Source: a virus. Taken from it: 64,000 bases of DNA. Both the position numbers and the translations under genes were made by a program. The notes below the pieces were generated by a model that saw nothing but the letters and a program-made list of their open reading frames with translations, made no database searches and was not told the origin of the DNA. How positions within the stretch are numbered: position 1 is the stretch's first letter; every line of letters begins with the position of its first letter. Where the stretch lies: IMG/VR virus record IMGVR_UViG_3300025655_000002, positions 5,508 through 69,507 of that record, one strand, 5' to 3'. Below, piece after piece: positions 1 to 9,680 of the stretch.

Positions 1-329
1 TAGGTTCAGCTGTAGTAAAGATGTCTGTTTACAGAAATAAGGATGGATTTGTCAGCATTTACACTACCGTAAATGGAGAAAAGACAGATTGGGCTATTGA
101 TGCTAAGAAACTTCCGTCTAACGAGGACGATAAATGGGAGGCTTCTTTTGACCATTTTATAGACACTATTTCAGCAAACATTCCTGCTAAAGTTGACGGC
201 TTAGGAGGCTCTTTCGATGACGCTGTAGATAGTGTGGCTGCTGAAATGAGAGCTCACACTGAGGCTGCTAATAGAAGAGCTTCAAAAGATGACGTTGTTG
301 TTGATGACCCTCAAGATTTGCCTTTTTAA
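1..329 (+). CDS. ssb: Single-stranded DNA-binding protein, C-terminal part (gene probably begins upstream of the window)
   Basis: Acidic tail ending DDPQDLPF is typical of SSBs; lies next to SSAP and exonuclease genes. Confidence 0.55.
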   Translation, partial: GSAVVKMSVYRNKDGFVSIYTTVNGEKTDWAIDAKKLPSNEDDKWEASFDHFIDTISANIPAKVDGLGGSFDDAVDSVAAEMRAHTEAANRRASKDDVVVDDPQDLPF

Positions 330-359
330 AAAGGTAGAATTAAATTTTACCTTTTTAAA
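325..359 (+). terminator. Hairpin / probable intrinsic terminator
   Basis: tttaaaaaggtagaa...ttttacctttttaaa inverted repeat at the SSB stop. Confidence 0.5.
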
Positions 360-368
360 CATTTTAAC

Positions 369-376
369 TATCTTTG
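369..376 (+). promoter_or_regulatory. Bacteroidota sigma-A -7 element
   Basis: TATCTTTG (TAnnTTTG) about 25 nt upstream of ATG 402. Confidence 0.55.
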
Positions 377-401
377 TTGTGAAAATCATAATTAATTTAT
401 A

Positions 402-944
402 ATGGAAGCAACAAAGATTTGTTTTAAATGTAAAAAAGAAAAACTACTATCCGAATACTACAAGCATAAGAAGATGTCAGATGGTCATCTAAACAAGTGT
501 AAGGATTGTGCAAGGGTGGATGTGCGTAAAAGAGAGGAAAATCTAAAAAAAGACTCAGAATGGGTTGAAAATGAAAAAGCTAGACACAGAGATAAGTACT
601 ATAGATTAAGATATAAAGAAAAGCATAAACCTACTCCTGAGCAGAAAAAAAAGAGCATGGATAGGTATAGAAATAAATATCCTGAAAAGTATAAAGCTAA
701 AAATGTTACTCAAAGATTTCCAAGAAAGGAAGGGTGTGAGCTCCATCATTGGAGTTATAATAAGGAGCATTATTCATGCGTTATAGAACTAACAACAGAA
801 GACCATTATACGGCTCACAGATTTATGATTTATGACCAAGAAAGAATGATGTATAGAAGGTGTGATAACGGAGAGTTATTAGATACAAGGGAGAAGCATT
901 ATGCTTTTATATCCGCAAGAATATTAGAGGAACAACAAAAATGA
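402..944 (+). CDS. HNH-type endonuclease with N-terminal zinc finger (probable homing endonuclease)
   Basis: CFKC...CKDC zinc finger; ELHHWSY...H..AH HNH-like core. Confidence 0.65.
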   Translation: MEATKICFKCKKEKLLSEYYKHKKMSDGHLNKCKDCARVDVRKREENLKKDSEWVENEKARHRDKYYRLRYKEKHKPTPEQKKKSMDRYRNKYPEKYKAKNVTQRFPRKEGCELHHWSYNKEHYSCVIELTTEDHYTAHRFMIYDQERMMYRRCDNGELLDTREKHYAFISARILEEQQK

Positions 945-1606
945 AAGAATTAAAAGAATTAGAGAAATACCTAAACAAAAGAAGTCAGCCTAAAACCTCG
1001 ACTAAAACAGCTGAAGAATGGGAGCTACTAGAGTTTAAAAGGAGATTAAACCAACCTCCCCCAGAATCAATACTACGTAAAAACCCTGAGTACGGGAATC
1101 AGTATATCCCTTTACAATATGTAGAGGTAATGTTAAATATACTCTTTGATTATTGGAGTCCAGTAATGACGCATAAACCAGACTATATAGATGGACAAAC
1201 TGTTTCTTATATAGATGTGATAGTGGGGCATCCAGTGTTAAAAATAAAACAAGTATACTCAGGAACAGCTATCGTAGGCACAATGCCGAATAGCGAAAAC
1301 TATCGTGACGTACATAAAAGAATACCAGCTGGAGAGAGTTTTGCTATACTAAATGCTGTTCAAAAGATTGGCAGGTTATTTAGACCACAACAGGAGGTTT
1401 TCATTTCGGCATTGGATAATTATTTTGAGAAAGAAACAAAAGAAGAAAGAAGCGAGATGTTTGAGACTCTTGAGCGAATGATAAAAGGAATTGATTTAAA
1501 GATTGCTAAAAACAAAATAAAAGTAAGCGGATGGATTAATGATGCTCTTATAGATAAAAATATAACTGAAGAAGAAAGAGACGAATTATTTAAAAAGTTT
1601 TTATAA
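941..1606 (+). CDS. Rad52/Sak-like single-strand annealing protein
   Basis: YIP..YVE..LN..F..W and ESFAILNAVQKIGRLF motifs; directly upstream of an exonuclease. Confidence 0.55.
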   Translation: MKELKELEKYLNKRSQPKTSTKTAEEWELLEFKRRLNQPPPESILRKNPEYGNQYIPLQYVEVMLNILFDYWSPVMTHKPDYIDGQTVSYIDVIVGHPVLKIKQVYSGTAIVGTMPNSENYRDVHKRIPAGESFAILNAVQKIGRLFRPQQEVFISALDNYFEKETKEERSEMFETLERMIKGIDLKIAKNKIKVSGWINDALIDKNITEEERDELFKKFL

Positions 1607-1622
1607 AAATAAAACAATTAAC

Positions 1623-2663
1623 ATGGGTAAAAAAATAAGCTGGAGTAAATATAAATTCCGCTGTTCGGCATTGTATAATATAATGTCAGGAACAGTAGGA
1701 ACAACAGAAGCTGAAAACATAGAACTTCAAGAGCTTCTTCAAAAGGAAAAAGAGGTAATAGGCCTTACTGATAACCAAGTAAAAGAGCTTGATGACCTTA
1801 AAGAGAAAGAAAAGCTAACTGTTAAACAGAAAGCTAAGATAGCTGAATATGAAGAAAGGAAGACTAAAAAGAAAACACTAACTCCTTTACAAACCAAAAG
1901 AAAGGAAGAGTTGATAAAGAAATCTAAAAGTACGGAACTTCCGCAAGGAGTAAAAACATACTTAAGAAATCTTTACAGAGAAGAGACGTATAATAGAAAA
2001 AAGAGGTTAGAGTCTAAATACATCTTAAAAGGAAACCTTCAAGAGAAAGAGGCTACTCAAATGTATAGTGTGTTCAAGCAAACCCCATTTGCAAGAAACT
2101 TTGATAGAGCTTATAATGACTGGATTTCAGGAGAGTATGACTTATATATTGGTAAAGACATTTATAATGTAAAAGAAGGATTTGATACTAAATGTAGTTT
2201 TGATTTATCTACATTTCCTTTTAAAGAAGACCCTCTTGATTGGAACTACTACTGGCAAAACATGGGGTACATGTGGTTGTCTGGAGCTAAAACCTGGACG
2301 ACTGTTTATTGTCTAACGAACACTCCCTCTTCTATGATAGAAGATATGATTTATAGGGAAAAGTTTAGATGGGAAGGAAATGATATTCCTTTATGGAAAA
2401 AGCTAGAGATTATAAACAATAATGTGTTTGACGATAAGTCATTTGCTTCAGAAATTTTAAAGCAAGACGCAATACCGAATCCTGATAGTGAAGACGAGGA
2501 CAATATTAAAGCAGTTGATATTGTAAATAATTTCATCCCTATGGAGCTTCACGAAAGAATAATTGAAAAACAAATGCATTGGGACGAATCTATTCCTGAC
2601 AGAATAAAAGAGAGGATTCGGCATTGTAGAAAATATTTAGTAACTTTAAGCAAACAAAAATGA
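1623..2663 (+). CDS. YqaJ/lambda-exonuclease-like PD-(D/E)XK nuclease
   Basis: FRCSAL, KG..QE, GEYD...DTKCS and YYWQ..GYMWL motifs. Confidence 0.7.
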   Translation: MGKKISWSKYKFRCSALYNIMSGTVGTTEAENIELQELLQKEKEVIGLTDNQVKELDDLKEKEKLTVKQKAKIAEYEERKTKKKTLTPLQTKRKEELIKKSKSTELPQGVKTYLRNLYREETYNRKKRLESKYILKGNLQEKEATQMYSVFKQTPFARNFDRAYNDWISGEYDLYIGKDIYNVKEGFDTKCSFDLSTFPFKEDPLDWNYYWQNMGYMWLSGAKTWTTVYCLTNTPSSMIEDMIYREKFRWEGNDIPLWKKLEIINNNVFDDKSFASEILKQDAIPNPDSEDEDNIKAVDIVNNFIPMELHERIIEKQMHWDESIPDRIKERIRHCRKYLVTLSKQK

Positions 2664-2769
2664 ACTTAGTGGAATTTGAATCATACATGTCTATCATGGC
2701 TTTTATGCTGCTAGCCTACGTTATCTACAAAAACTGGAACGGAGATAATTCTAATCAAAAATAAATATT

Positions 2770-3942
2770 ATGGGTAAATCAACAAGGATGACCAAGAAAG
2801 AGGCTGAATACCTCGGTCTTGAGCCTAAAAACCATAACCAATATAATCTAGGTGAAAAAAATCTCAGGAAACTTTACAAATACAGAGGATATGACGATGA
2901 GCTTATTGAGAGCTGTATAGAAAGAGGTATAAATCCTAATAATGTCGGGCAATATTGGTATAAGTCTAAGCATATTTCCATAAATGTTAAAAAAGACTTA
3001 GAGAATACAAAGGAACAGATTTTAGATAAGTTTGAGCAATTAATTAGCGATATTAAATTCAAACCTATAAAGCTAAAGCCTACAAAAGGTAATAGTAAGG
3101 CCTGTAAGATAACTATAAGCGACTCTCATGTAGGAATGAACCCAAGCCCTGATAAATCTCCACTATTTAAATACGAGTACAACAGTGAGATATATGGAGA
3201 ATCCCTAAATAAAGTCTATGAATCAGTTATAAAAGAGTACAATATTCATGGAGCATTTGATATTTTATTCTTGGATGACCTTGGAGATTTAGCTGACGGA
3301 TGGAATGGGTATACGACCAGGGGAGGACATAAGCTTCCTCAAAACATGACAAATGCAGATGTATTTGAGGTTTGCGTAGACGCTAAAGTAAGATTAATAA
3401 GAAATCTAGTGGAGAGTAGAGTTGCAAACAAAATCATTCTTAGATGTGTGACAAATGATAATCATAGCGGTGATTTTTCCTTGTTAATTAATAAAGCGAT
3501 AGAGAAAATAATAAATCTAATATACGACAAATCACTCGTTAAAGTAGATATACTTACTAAATTTATAGACCACAGGGTTTATGGAAACCATTGCTTTATA
3601 CTTACTCATGGTAAAGATAAGTCTCAAATGAAGTTTGGGCTACCAATTGTTTTAAATGATAAAGCTATAAGGCTTATAAATGATTATATAGACCATTACG
3701 ACATAGATAGCAAGTATATACATGTTGAAAAAGGAGATTTACATCAAATAGGATATCAAAGAACAAAGAAATTTGACTACAGGAATTTCATGAGCTTTGC
3801 CCCTCCTAGTAGCTGGATACAGCATAATTTTGGAGATAGTTATTCTGGATATTCTATTCAAATAATACCTAAAGATAGCAATGAAATTAGTCATACGGAC
3901 TACTTCCTTGATTACAAGAAAATTAGCGATAGGAATTTTTAA
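2770..3942 (+). CDS. Calcineurin-like metallophosphoesterase
   Basis: SDSHVG, GDLADG, NDNH, THG and GDLH motifs. Confidence 0.75.
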   Translation: MGKSTRMTKKEAEYLGLEPKNHNQYNLGEKNLRKLYKYRGYDDELIESCIERGINPNNVGQYWYKSKHISINVKKDLENTKEQILDKFEQLISDIKFKPIKLKPTKGNSKACKITISDSHVGMNPSPDKSPLFKYEYNSEIYGESLNKVYESVIKEYNIHGAFDILFLDDLGDLADGWNGYTTRGGHKLPQNMTNADVFEVCVDAKVRLIRNLVESRVANKIILRCVTNDNHSGDFSLLINKAIEKIINLIYDKSLVKVDILTKFIDHRVYGNHCFILTHGKDKSQMKFGLPIVLNDKAIRLINDYIDHYDIDSKYIHVEKGDLHQIGYQRTKKFDYRNFMSFAPPSSWIQHNFGDSYSGYSIQIIPKDSNEISHTDYFLDYKKISDRNF

Positions 3943-3959
3943 AAAAGCAAAATAAAATT

Positions 3960-4769
3960 ATGGAAAAAGAAAATAAAGGATTAAGATTTAATCAAGGAAA
4001 AATAAGGTACGACCTTATCCCTCAGTACGCTCAAGAGCAATATGCTAGAGTTCTAACCAAAGGGTCAGAAAAATATACAGAAAGAAACTGGGAAAAAGGA
4101 ATGGATTGGAGCGTAGTTATCGCTTCATTGAAAAGGCATGTAGCAGCATTTGAAAGAGGAGAGGATTTTGATAAAGAGACTGGGCTACTTCATACAGCTC
4201 ATGTGATGTGTAACGCAGCATTCTTAACTCAGTACTATAAAATATATCCACAAGGAGACAATAGGCCTCACAAATATTTAAACGCTCCAAAAATAGGATT
4301 AGATATTGACGAGGTATTAGCAGACTGGGTTGGGCATTGGACTAAAAAACATGGTCAAGAAGCCCCTGAGACATGGAATTTTGACAGAAATATATCAGAT
4401 AAATTTGAAGCATTAGCTGATGATAAAGATTTCTGGCTTAGCATTCCAGTAAAGACAAAACCAGAAGACATTCACTTTGAGCCTCATTGCTACATCACAT
4501 CTCGCTCTATTCCTGTTGAATGGACTGAAGAATGGTTAGATAAAAATGGATTCCCTACAATGCCAGTTTACTCTGTTGGATTGGAAGAAAGTAAAATAGA
4601 GGTAGCTAAAAGAAGTGGTATAGATATATTTGTAGATGATAGATTTGAGAATTTTGTAGAACTAAATAATGCTGGAATATGCTGTTATTTATTTGATGCT
4701 TTACATAATAGAAGGTATGATGTTGGGCACAAGAGGATTAAATCTTTAAGGGAATTAAATGAATATTAA
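3960..4769 (+). CDS. dATP/dGTP diphosphohydrolase (DUF5664-like) fused to HAD 5'(3')-deoxyribonucleotidase
   Basis: N-terminal K.RYDLIP...G..KY..RNWEKG...RH...D.ETGL.H.AH..CN; C-terminal LDIDEVLAD, ITSR, FVDD. Confidence 0.8.
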   Translation: MEKENKGLRFNQGKIRYDLIPQYAQEQYARVLTKGSEKYTERNWEKGMDWSVVIASLKRHVAAFERGEDFDKETGLLHTAHVMCNAAFLTQYYKIYPQGDNRPHKYLNAPKIGLDIDEVLADWVGHWTKKHGQEAPETWNFDRNISDKFEALADDKDFWLSIPVKTKPEDIHFEPHCYITSRSIPVEWTEEWLDKNGFPTMPVYSVGLEESKIEVAKRSGIDIFVDDRFENFVELNNAGICCYLFDALHNRRYDVGHKRIKSLRELNEY

Positions 4770-4832
4770 ACGTAAATAAAAGGTGCTTTTGTAACCAATG
4801 TAATGAAAATAAAACTGTAACTTTATTAGTAA

Positions 4833-5066
4833 TTGACATTAATAAACAAGAGCAAATTGGAAGATGACCATCAAGATATAATACCTAAAATACTTATAGA
4901 TGTATATATTCCTGTTGAAGAAGAACAGTATAATGTTCTAACCGATTTAGGCATGGGAGAGTTTGAGTATTATTTTACCGTAGAGTCTTTATTGAGAAAA
5001 GAAGGAATAGATTCTCCTTACACTAAAGACCAGCTTCCAATATTTTATGATTTATATGCAAATTAA
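4833..5066 (+). CDS. Hypothetical protein
   Basis: ORF only. Confidence 0.45.
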   Translation: MTLINKSKLEDDHQDIIPKILIDVYIPVEEEQYNVLTDLGMGEFEYYFTVESLLRKEGIDSPYTKDQLPIFYDLYAN

Positions 5067-5089
5067 TTATTATATTAAATAATTTTTAA

Positions 5090-5097
5090 TATATTTG
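5090..5097 (+). promoter_or_regulatory. Bacteroidota sigma-A -7 element
   Basis: TATATTTG upstream of a structured non-coding stretch. Confidence 0.55.
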
Positions 5098-5116
5098 CAA
5101 TGAATCGATACATAAT

Positions 5117-5307
5117 AAAAATATCTGCTAGAAGATAAACAGTAGGTGGATGTGGATGCTGACTTAGTTGAAGCGTGTTGAAGCCTATAAATCACTCCAA
5201 CGATTGTTGTTTATTAGATAGTGCTTATTACGTAGAAGCGACATACAGAAAACGGCAAAGGTATGTAACGTGCCGAAGAGTATCCGATGGAAAGGACAGA
5301 TATTTTT
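5117..5307 (+). ncRNA. Candidate structured RNA or leader (~190 nt)
   Basis: Closing stem aaaaatatctg/cagatattttt; internal stems; GC-richer than flanks; no ORF. Confidence 0.4.
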
Positions 5308-5326
5308 TAAATTTAAATTAAATTAA

Positions 5327-5746
5327 ATGAAAATAGGAGAAGTAGATGTTGAAGAAATCAACTTTCTAAGAGACCAAATAAATGTTCACTTCGGTGGATT
5401 GTACTGTTTTTACAGAACCTCAAACATAACAATGCATTACAGGCATCTTGTTAAATTCTTTGACGAGCTGCAGGTTAATCAAGAGTTTTATGAGAAGATA
5501 AAAGAAACCTTTTATGCATGCAAAAAAGAAAGGAAAATCAAATACATACTTGACAGAGATAGAGAGTCTATAAGAAAATGCTTAAGAATGAATTTTGATA
5601 AGTATTCTCACTTCTGCGACAAGCACAAGTCTTTCAACAACAACTACATTACAAATGTAATTAAAGGAAGGCTTAAGTTGGCTTCAAAAAAATACGAGAA
5701 ATTAGTATTATTATTAGTTAGAAAATATAACCTAGAATTAAATTAA
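5327..5746 (+). CDS. Hypothetical protein
   Basis: ORF with A-rich leader, upstream of groEL. Confidence 0.6.
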   Translation: MKIGEVDVEEINFLRDQINVHFGGLYCFYRTSNITMHYRHLVKFFDELQVNQEFYEKIKETFYACKKERKIKYILDRDRESIRKCLRMNFDKYSHFCDKHKSFNNNYITNVIKGRLKLASKKYEKLVLLLVRKYNLELN

Positions 5747-5752
5747 AATAAA

Positions 5753-7339
5753 ATGAAAGAAATTAAACTTGAAGAAGATGCTATAAGCACTCAATTAAAA
5801 GGTATTAACACTGCGGTTGACTTGGTTAAAATATCGATGGGAGCAAGAGGAAGATTAGTTAATATAGACCACGCAGGCGGTATTCATTCTACTTATGATG
5901 GGTTTACTATATTGGCTCATACGGCAATGAAAGACAAATGCGAGGACATGGGGGTAAAGATTGTCCTTGAGGCTGCATCTAAACAAGTAAAGGATTGTGG
6001 AGACGGAACAACATCTGTGTCTGTATTGCTTCAAGCAATAATAAATGAAGGAGTTAAAATGCTGAAGTATGATGCTGATAGGATAAAAGTTATTGAAGGA
6101 ATAAACTTAGCGTCAAAAGAAGCTATTAAAATTATAAAAGAATTGGCTAAGCCAGTAAGCAGAGATTCTCATGAGATAGAGCAAATAGCAAAGGTGTCTG
6201 CCCATGGAGACGAGGATATAGCTAAACTGATAGCTGAGGCAATATCTATAACAAACCATAACTCCATAATTAGGGTTGAAGAGTCTAAAGGGAATACCAG
6301 TTATGTTGACTTAGCAAAAGGAATGAAGGTTGGTTCTGGTTGGTTATCTGGTCTATTTGTCAACAATGGCTCTAAAGGAACTGTAGAGTATGATAACCCA
6401 TTAATCCTTGTGTATGAGGGTAAGATTGAAAGGATGGCTCAGTTGCAGAACTTATTAGAAAAATGTGTTAATGCTAAAAAGCCTATCGTAATAGTTTCAG
6501 ATGATATGGATGGAGAAGTCTTAGCATCTTTAGCTTTAAACGCTAAAAAAGGCCTTCCATTTGCAGCTATTAATCCTTTCGGAGAAACAAGAGAGGACAG
6601 AAAAGAAAGATTAGCTGATTTAGCAGCTTATGTTGGAGGGGAATTAATCTCTCCAGACTTAGGGCATAAGCTTGAAAATATAGATTTAAATCAACTAGGA
6701 ACTTGTGATAGGGTTATTATAGCTAAAAACAACTCTATATTTCAGGACGGAGCAGGGCTTGATACTGAAATTCTTAATGAAAGAATATCTAATTTAGAAT
6801 CGTTGGTAAAAATAACAGACCATACTGTTACTAAAACCTTCTACGAGGCTAGATTAGCGGCATTAAACGGAGGTGTTGCTACTATATACGTTGGAGGTAT
6901 AGTTAGTACTGATGTGGTTGAAAGAAAAGACAGAATAGATGACGCTGTTGGTTCGGCATTGTCTGCTCTTGAAGAGGGAGTTGTTCCAGGAGGAGGAGTA
7001 TCTCTATTACATATATCAGAAGAACTACGTAAATTATCAAGTGATGATAGTGATGTTAATATAGGTATAAGTATATTTAAGAAAGCTGTCACAATGCCGA
7101 TTCGACAAATTTTAACAAACGCAGGAGAATCTGTTGATTTTATAATAGATAAAATTAAAAACAAAAAGTCGAAGAGCTATGGATACAATGTTCATACCAA
7201 AGAATATGTAGACATGATTAAAGAAGGTATATTAGACCCAGCTAAAGTAGAAATAAAAATAATAGAAAACGCAACAATAACTGCTACAAACTTCTTAAAT
7301 ACAGGTGGATTGATAGCTGTTGTTCCTGAAAATAATTAA
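5753..7339 (+). CDS. groEL: Phage chaperonin GroEL (Cpn60)
   Basis: 528 aa; GDGTTS, T.DG.TI, ERKDRIDDA, EEGVVPGGG and GILDPAKV motifs. Confidence 0.95.
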   Translation: MKEIKLEEDAISTQLKGINTAVDLVKISMGARGRLVNIDHAGGIHSTYDGFTILAHTAMKDKCEDMGVKIVLEAASKQVKDCGDGTTSVSVLLQAIINEGVKMLKYDADRIKVIEGINLASKEAIKIIKELAKPVSRDSHEIEQIAKVSAHGDEDIAKLIAEAISITNHNSIIRVEESKGNTSYVDLAKGMKVGSGWLSGLFVNNGSKGTVEYDNPLILVYEGKIERMAQLQNLLEKCVNAKKPIVIVSDDMDGEVLASLALNAKKGLPFAAINPFGETREDRKERLADLAAYVGGELISPDLGHKLENIDLNQLGTCDRVIIAKNNSIFQDGAGLDTEILNERISNLESLVKITDHTVTKTFYEARLAALNGGVATIYVGGIVSTDVVERKDRIDDAVGSALSALEEGVVPGGGVSLLHISEELRKLSSDDSDVNIGISIFKKAVTMPIRQILTNAGESVDFIIDKIKNKKSKSYGYNVHTKEYVDMIKEGILDPAKVEIKIIENATITATNFLNTGGLIAVVPENN

Positions 7340-7342
7340 ACC

Positions 7343-7522
7343 ATGAAATCATACTTAAAAGACAAATTAATAATATTTATATGGTTCCCTATATTGGGTA
7401 TCCTTTCCATATATAGCATGGATTCATTTGACCCAATTGAAGTTAGAATTGGAGTTCCAGCATTCATGTTTGCTGTACCTTTATTAACGTTTATTTACGG
7501 ATACCTAAAACATAGAGAATGA
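7343..7522 (+). CDS. Small membrane protein (59 aa, not in ORF track)
   Basis: ATG 7343 to TGA 7522; two hydrophobic stretches; ATGA overlap with next gene. Confidence 0.5.
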   Translation: MKSYLKDKLIIFIWFPILGILSIYSMDSFDPIEVRIGVPAFMFAVPLLTFIYGYLKHRE

Positions 7523-7872
7523 CACTGATTATATTTTTGATAACGAGTGCATTTATAGTGTTTACAGCCTTAATAGATGCATCTCACATATTAGAAGGTC
7601 AATATTTCAAAAGCCATAACTACAGGTTTTTACAGAGAGCATGCTTCTTTATTGTTGTTTTTATTTATAATTGGCAAATCGGCATTGCATCAATATTATT
7701 ATTTATAGCTCTATTTGATTCTGTATTAAATATACTGTTGGAGTCTCCTTTATTTTATCTTGGAACCACTTCTAAATGGGATAAGTTCTTTAGGAAGAAT
7801 AAATGGCTTCAAATACCAGTTAAATTAACCGCATTTATCATTAGCATTTATTTATTTATAAATGAAATGTAA
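7519..7872 (+). CDS. Membrane protein
   Basis: Several hydrophobic segments. Confidence 0.6.
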   Translation: MTLIIFLITSAFIVFTALIDASHILEGQYFKSHNYRFLQRACFFIVVFIYNWQIGIASILLFIALFDSVLNILLESPLFYLGTTSKWDKFFRKNKWLQIPVKLTAFIISIYLFINEM

Positions 7873-8431
7873 AAACTGCGGAAATAAGTTTGAACAGTAT
7901 GAGTTTAATAATAAGTTCTGCAAAGATATAGATTGTCAAACTCAAAAAGCGCTATATCTTCTTAGTAATAAGAAAAAGCAAGACCAAAAAAAATGGAATA
8001 AAGAGAAGAAGCAGAGAAAAGAGAGCTTAATGACAAGGGAAGACTACTTTCAAAAAGCTCTCAAAGCTTTTAATTGGTATATAAGAGAGAGAGATAGAGA
8101 TATGCCATGCATTAGTTGTGATGCTCCAGCTGGGGGATACAGGATAACTTCAGGTCATTTTTATCCTCAAGGCACTTACAGAAATCTTGCTTTAGATGAA
8201 GATAACGCTCATGGCCAGTGCTGGTACAATTGCAATAAAAATAAACATGGCAATCTTTCTGAATATAGACCAAGACTTATCGATAGAATAGGCCAGGAAA
8301 GAGTTGATGCTTTAGAGCAGAGAAGGAACGGAACTCTTAAGCTAAGTATTCCAGAATTAAAAGAGCTAGAAGCCTTCTTTAATAAGAAAGCTAGAGAAGA
8401 AATAAAGAAGAGAGAATCTACCTCTTCCTGA
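7862..8431 (+). CDS. ninG: NinG/Rap-like recombination endonuclease
   Basis: FN.YIRERD..PCISC...GHF...EDNAHGQC..CN..KHGN..EYR..LI.RIG. Confidence 0.85.
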   Translation: MKCKNCGNKFEQYEFNNKFCKDIDCQTQKALYLLSNKKKQDQKKWNKEKKQRKESLMTREDYFQKALKAFNWYIRERDRDMPCISCDAPAGGYRITSGHFYPQGTYRNLALDEDNAHGQCWYNCNKNKHGNLSEYRPRLIDRIGQERVDALEQRRNGTLKLSIPELKELEAFFNKKAREEIKKRESTSS

Positions 8432-9020
8432 AAGAAATCAATCTTTTATACCCAAGACTAATCATGGGAGCATTATTTGATAAGTTGTACCCTACACCGA
8501 GCTCTGCTTGCCATCCTTTTTTACTAACGAAGTCAGCGCCCATGGATATAGAGTTAAATCCAGGATAAACTGTAGCGTTACCGCCAAAATAAACTTGATT
8601 AACCCTTACTTTCTCTACAATTATGCTCTCTATTGTGTCTACTCTTGTTATTTCAGGTATCAATGCCGAATACTCAAAACTAATTGAATCAGGCCTTTCT
8701 TTAGCCCATACACCTAATGTAGCATTGATTACAGAATCATTTTTTTCATACATGTATCCTACGCTGAAATCTGACGAATCGGTATTGTATACAGTATCTG
8801 TATGATAATGATGAAAATCCCTATCTCTATAAACTACTGTATCCCTCCATGTGAAAACGGTATCAGGACTACCTTTTATATAAATAGTAGTTGTGTCTCT
8901 CTTAATAACCTCTGAGCCTCCATTTAATATACTTCCAATAGGAGATTCACACTTATTAATTAATAGTAAAATTAAGATAATTGATACTATCCATCCAATA
9001 TTCTTTTTAAGAAAATCCAT
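8418..9020 (-). CDS. Probable spanin-like lysis accessory protein
   Basis: N-terminal TM helix, DT-rich repeats, beta-rich C-terminus; lies downstream of holin and endolysin. Confidence 0.45.
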   Translation of the reverse strand: MDFLKKNIGWIVSIILILLLINKCESPIGSILNGGSEVIKRDTTTIYIKGSPDTVFTWRDTVVYRDRDFHHYHTDTVYNTDSSDFSVGYMYEKNDSVINATLGVWAKERPDSISFEYSALIPEITRVDTIESIIVEKVRVNQVYFGGNATVYPGFNSISMGADFVSKKGWQAELGVGYNLSNNAPMISLGYKRLISFRKR

Positions 9021-9220
9021 TATTCAGAGAAGAAGTTAGTCATAAATTTACCAACAGCCCCTAAAAGCACAGCCGTTAGTGCTAACCATTTCATTTCTTC
9101 AACTATAGCATAAGTAGTAATAGTAGTACTTACAGCTAATAAAGCATCCCCTAATTTTCTCCATTTAGCTGGAGTAGGTTTTGCGTAACTACTTGTTGCT
9201 TTTTTTATTGTATCCTTCAT
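9020..9220 (-). CDS. Probable holin
   Basis: 66 aa, two hydrophobic helices, TP.KWRKLGD motif, adjacent to endolysin. Confidence 0.6.
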   Translation of the reverse strand: MKDTIKKATSSYAKPTPAKWRKLGDALLAVSTTITTYAIVEEMKWLALTAVLLGAVGKFMTNFFSE

Positions 9221-9221
9221 G

Positions 9222-9680
9222 TTATTTTAATTTTACATATATGGTTTTACCTTTTTGTTTCTTGGCTTGTAGGATTTCACCTCTATTCTCTCTATTAGCC
9301 GTATAGCTAACATGCACCCAGTCAGGCTCATTATCTGTGCCAAACTCCCAAATTAATTGGTCAAAAACTAAGTTTTCTTTTATGTATTCATAAAGCTCTT
9401 TATTAGTAAATCCAACCGCATCCAAATCAATAGCTTCACCCTTACAGTGCTGAGATGTTGTAGAGCCTCCAATCCTTTTATTAAGAGTCGCACTCCTAAA
9501 AAATGAATTAATCTTTATTGGTTTATTAAAGTGCTCTCTGGCTGGTTGAAATACTTTTTCAGCAACCAATTTCATTGCTGCTAACTCAGTTTTTCCTGGC
9601 GTATTATCTATTCCTCTGCGAGTCGCAGTATTAGAATGCGTTGCCTCTTTATATGAGATGTGTTTACTTATATTTTCCAT
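9222..9680 (-). CDS. Endolysin, peptidase M15A family
   Basis: SFFRS..LN..IGGS..SQH..GEAID and WVHVSY zinc-peptidase motifs. Confidence 0.9.
   Translation of the reverse strand: MENISKHISYKEATHSNTATRRGIDNTPGKTELAAMKLVAEKVFQPAREHFNKPIKINSFFRSATLNKRIGGSTTSQHCKGEAIDLDAVGFTNKELYEYIKENLVFDQLIWEFGTDNEPDWVHVSYTANRENRGEILQAKKQKGKTIYVKLK

Noticed and set aside
5230-5275. Hairpin or hammerhead ribozyme (AGAA...AGAAA...GTATGT)
   Set aside because: Required helices and cleavage-site motif could not be assembled; no CTGATGA core
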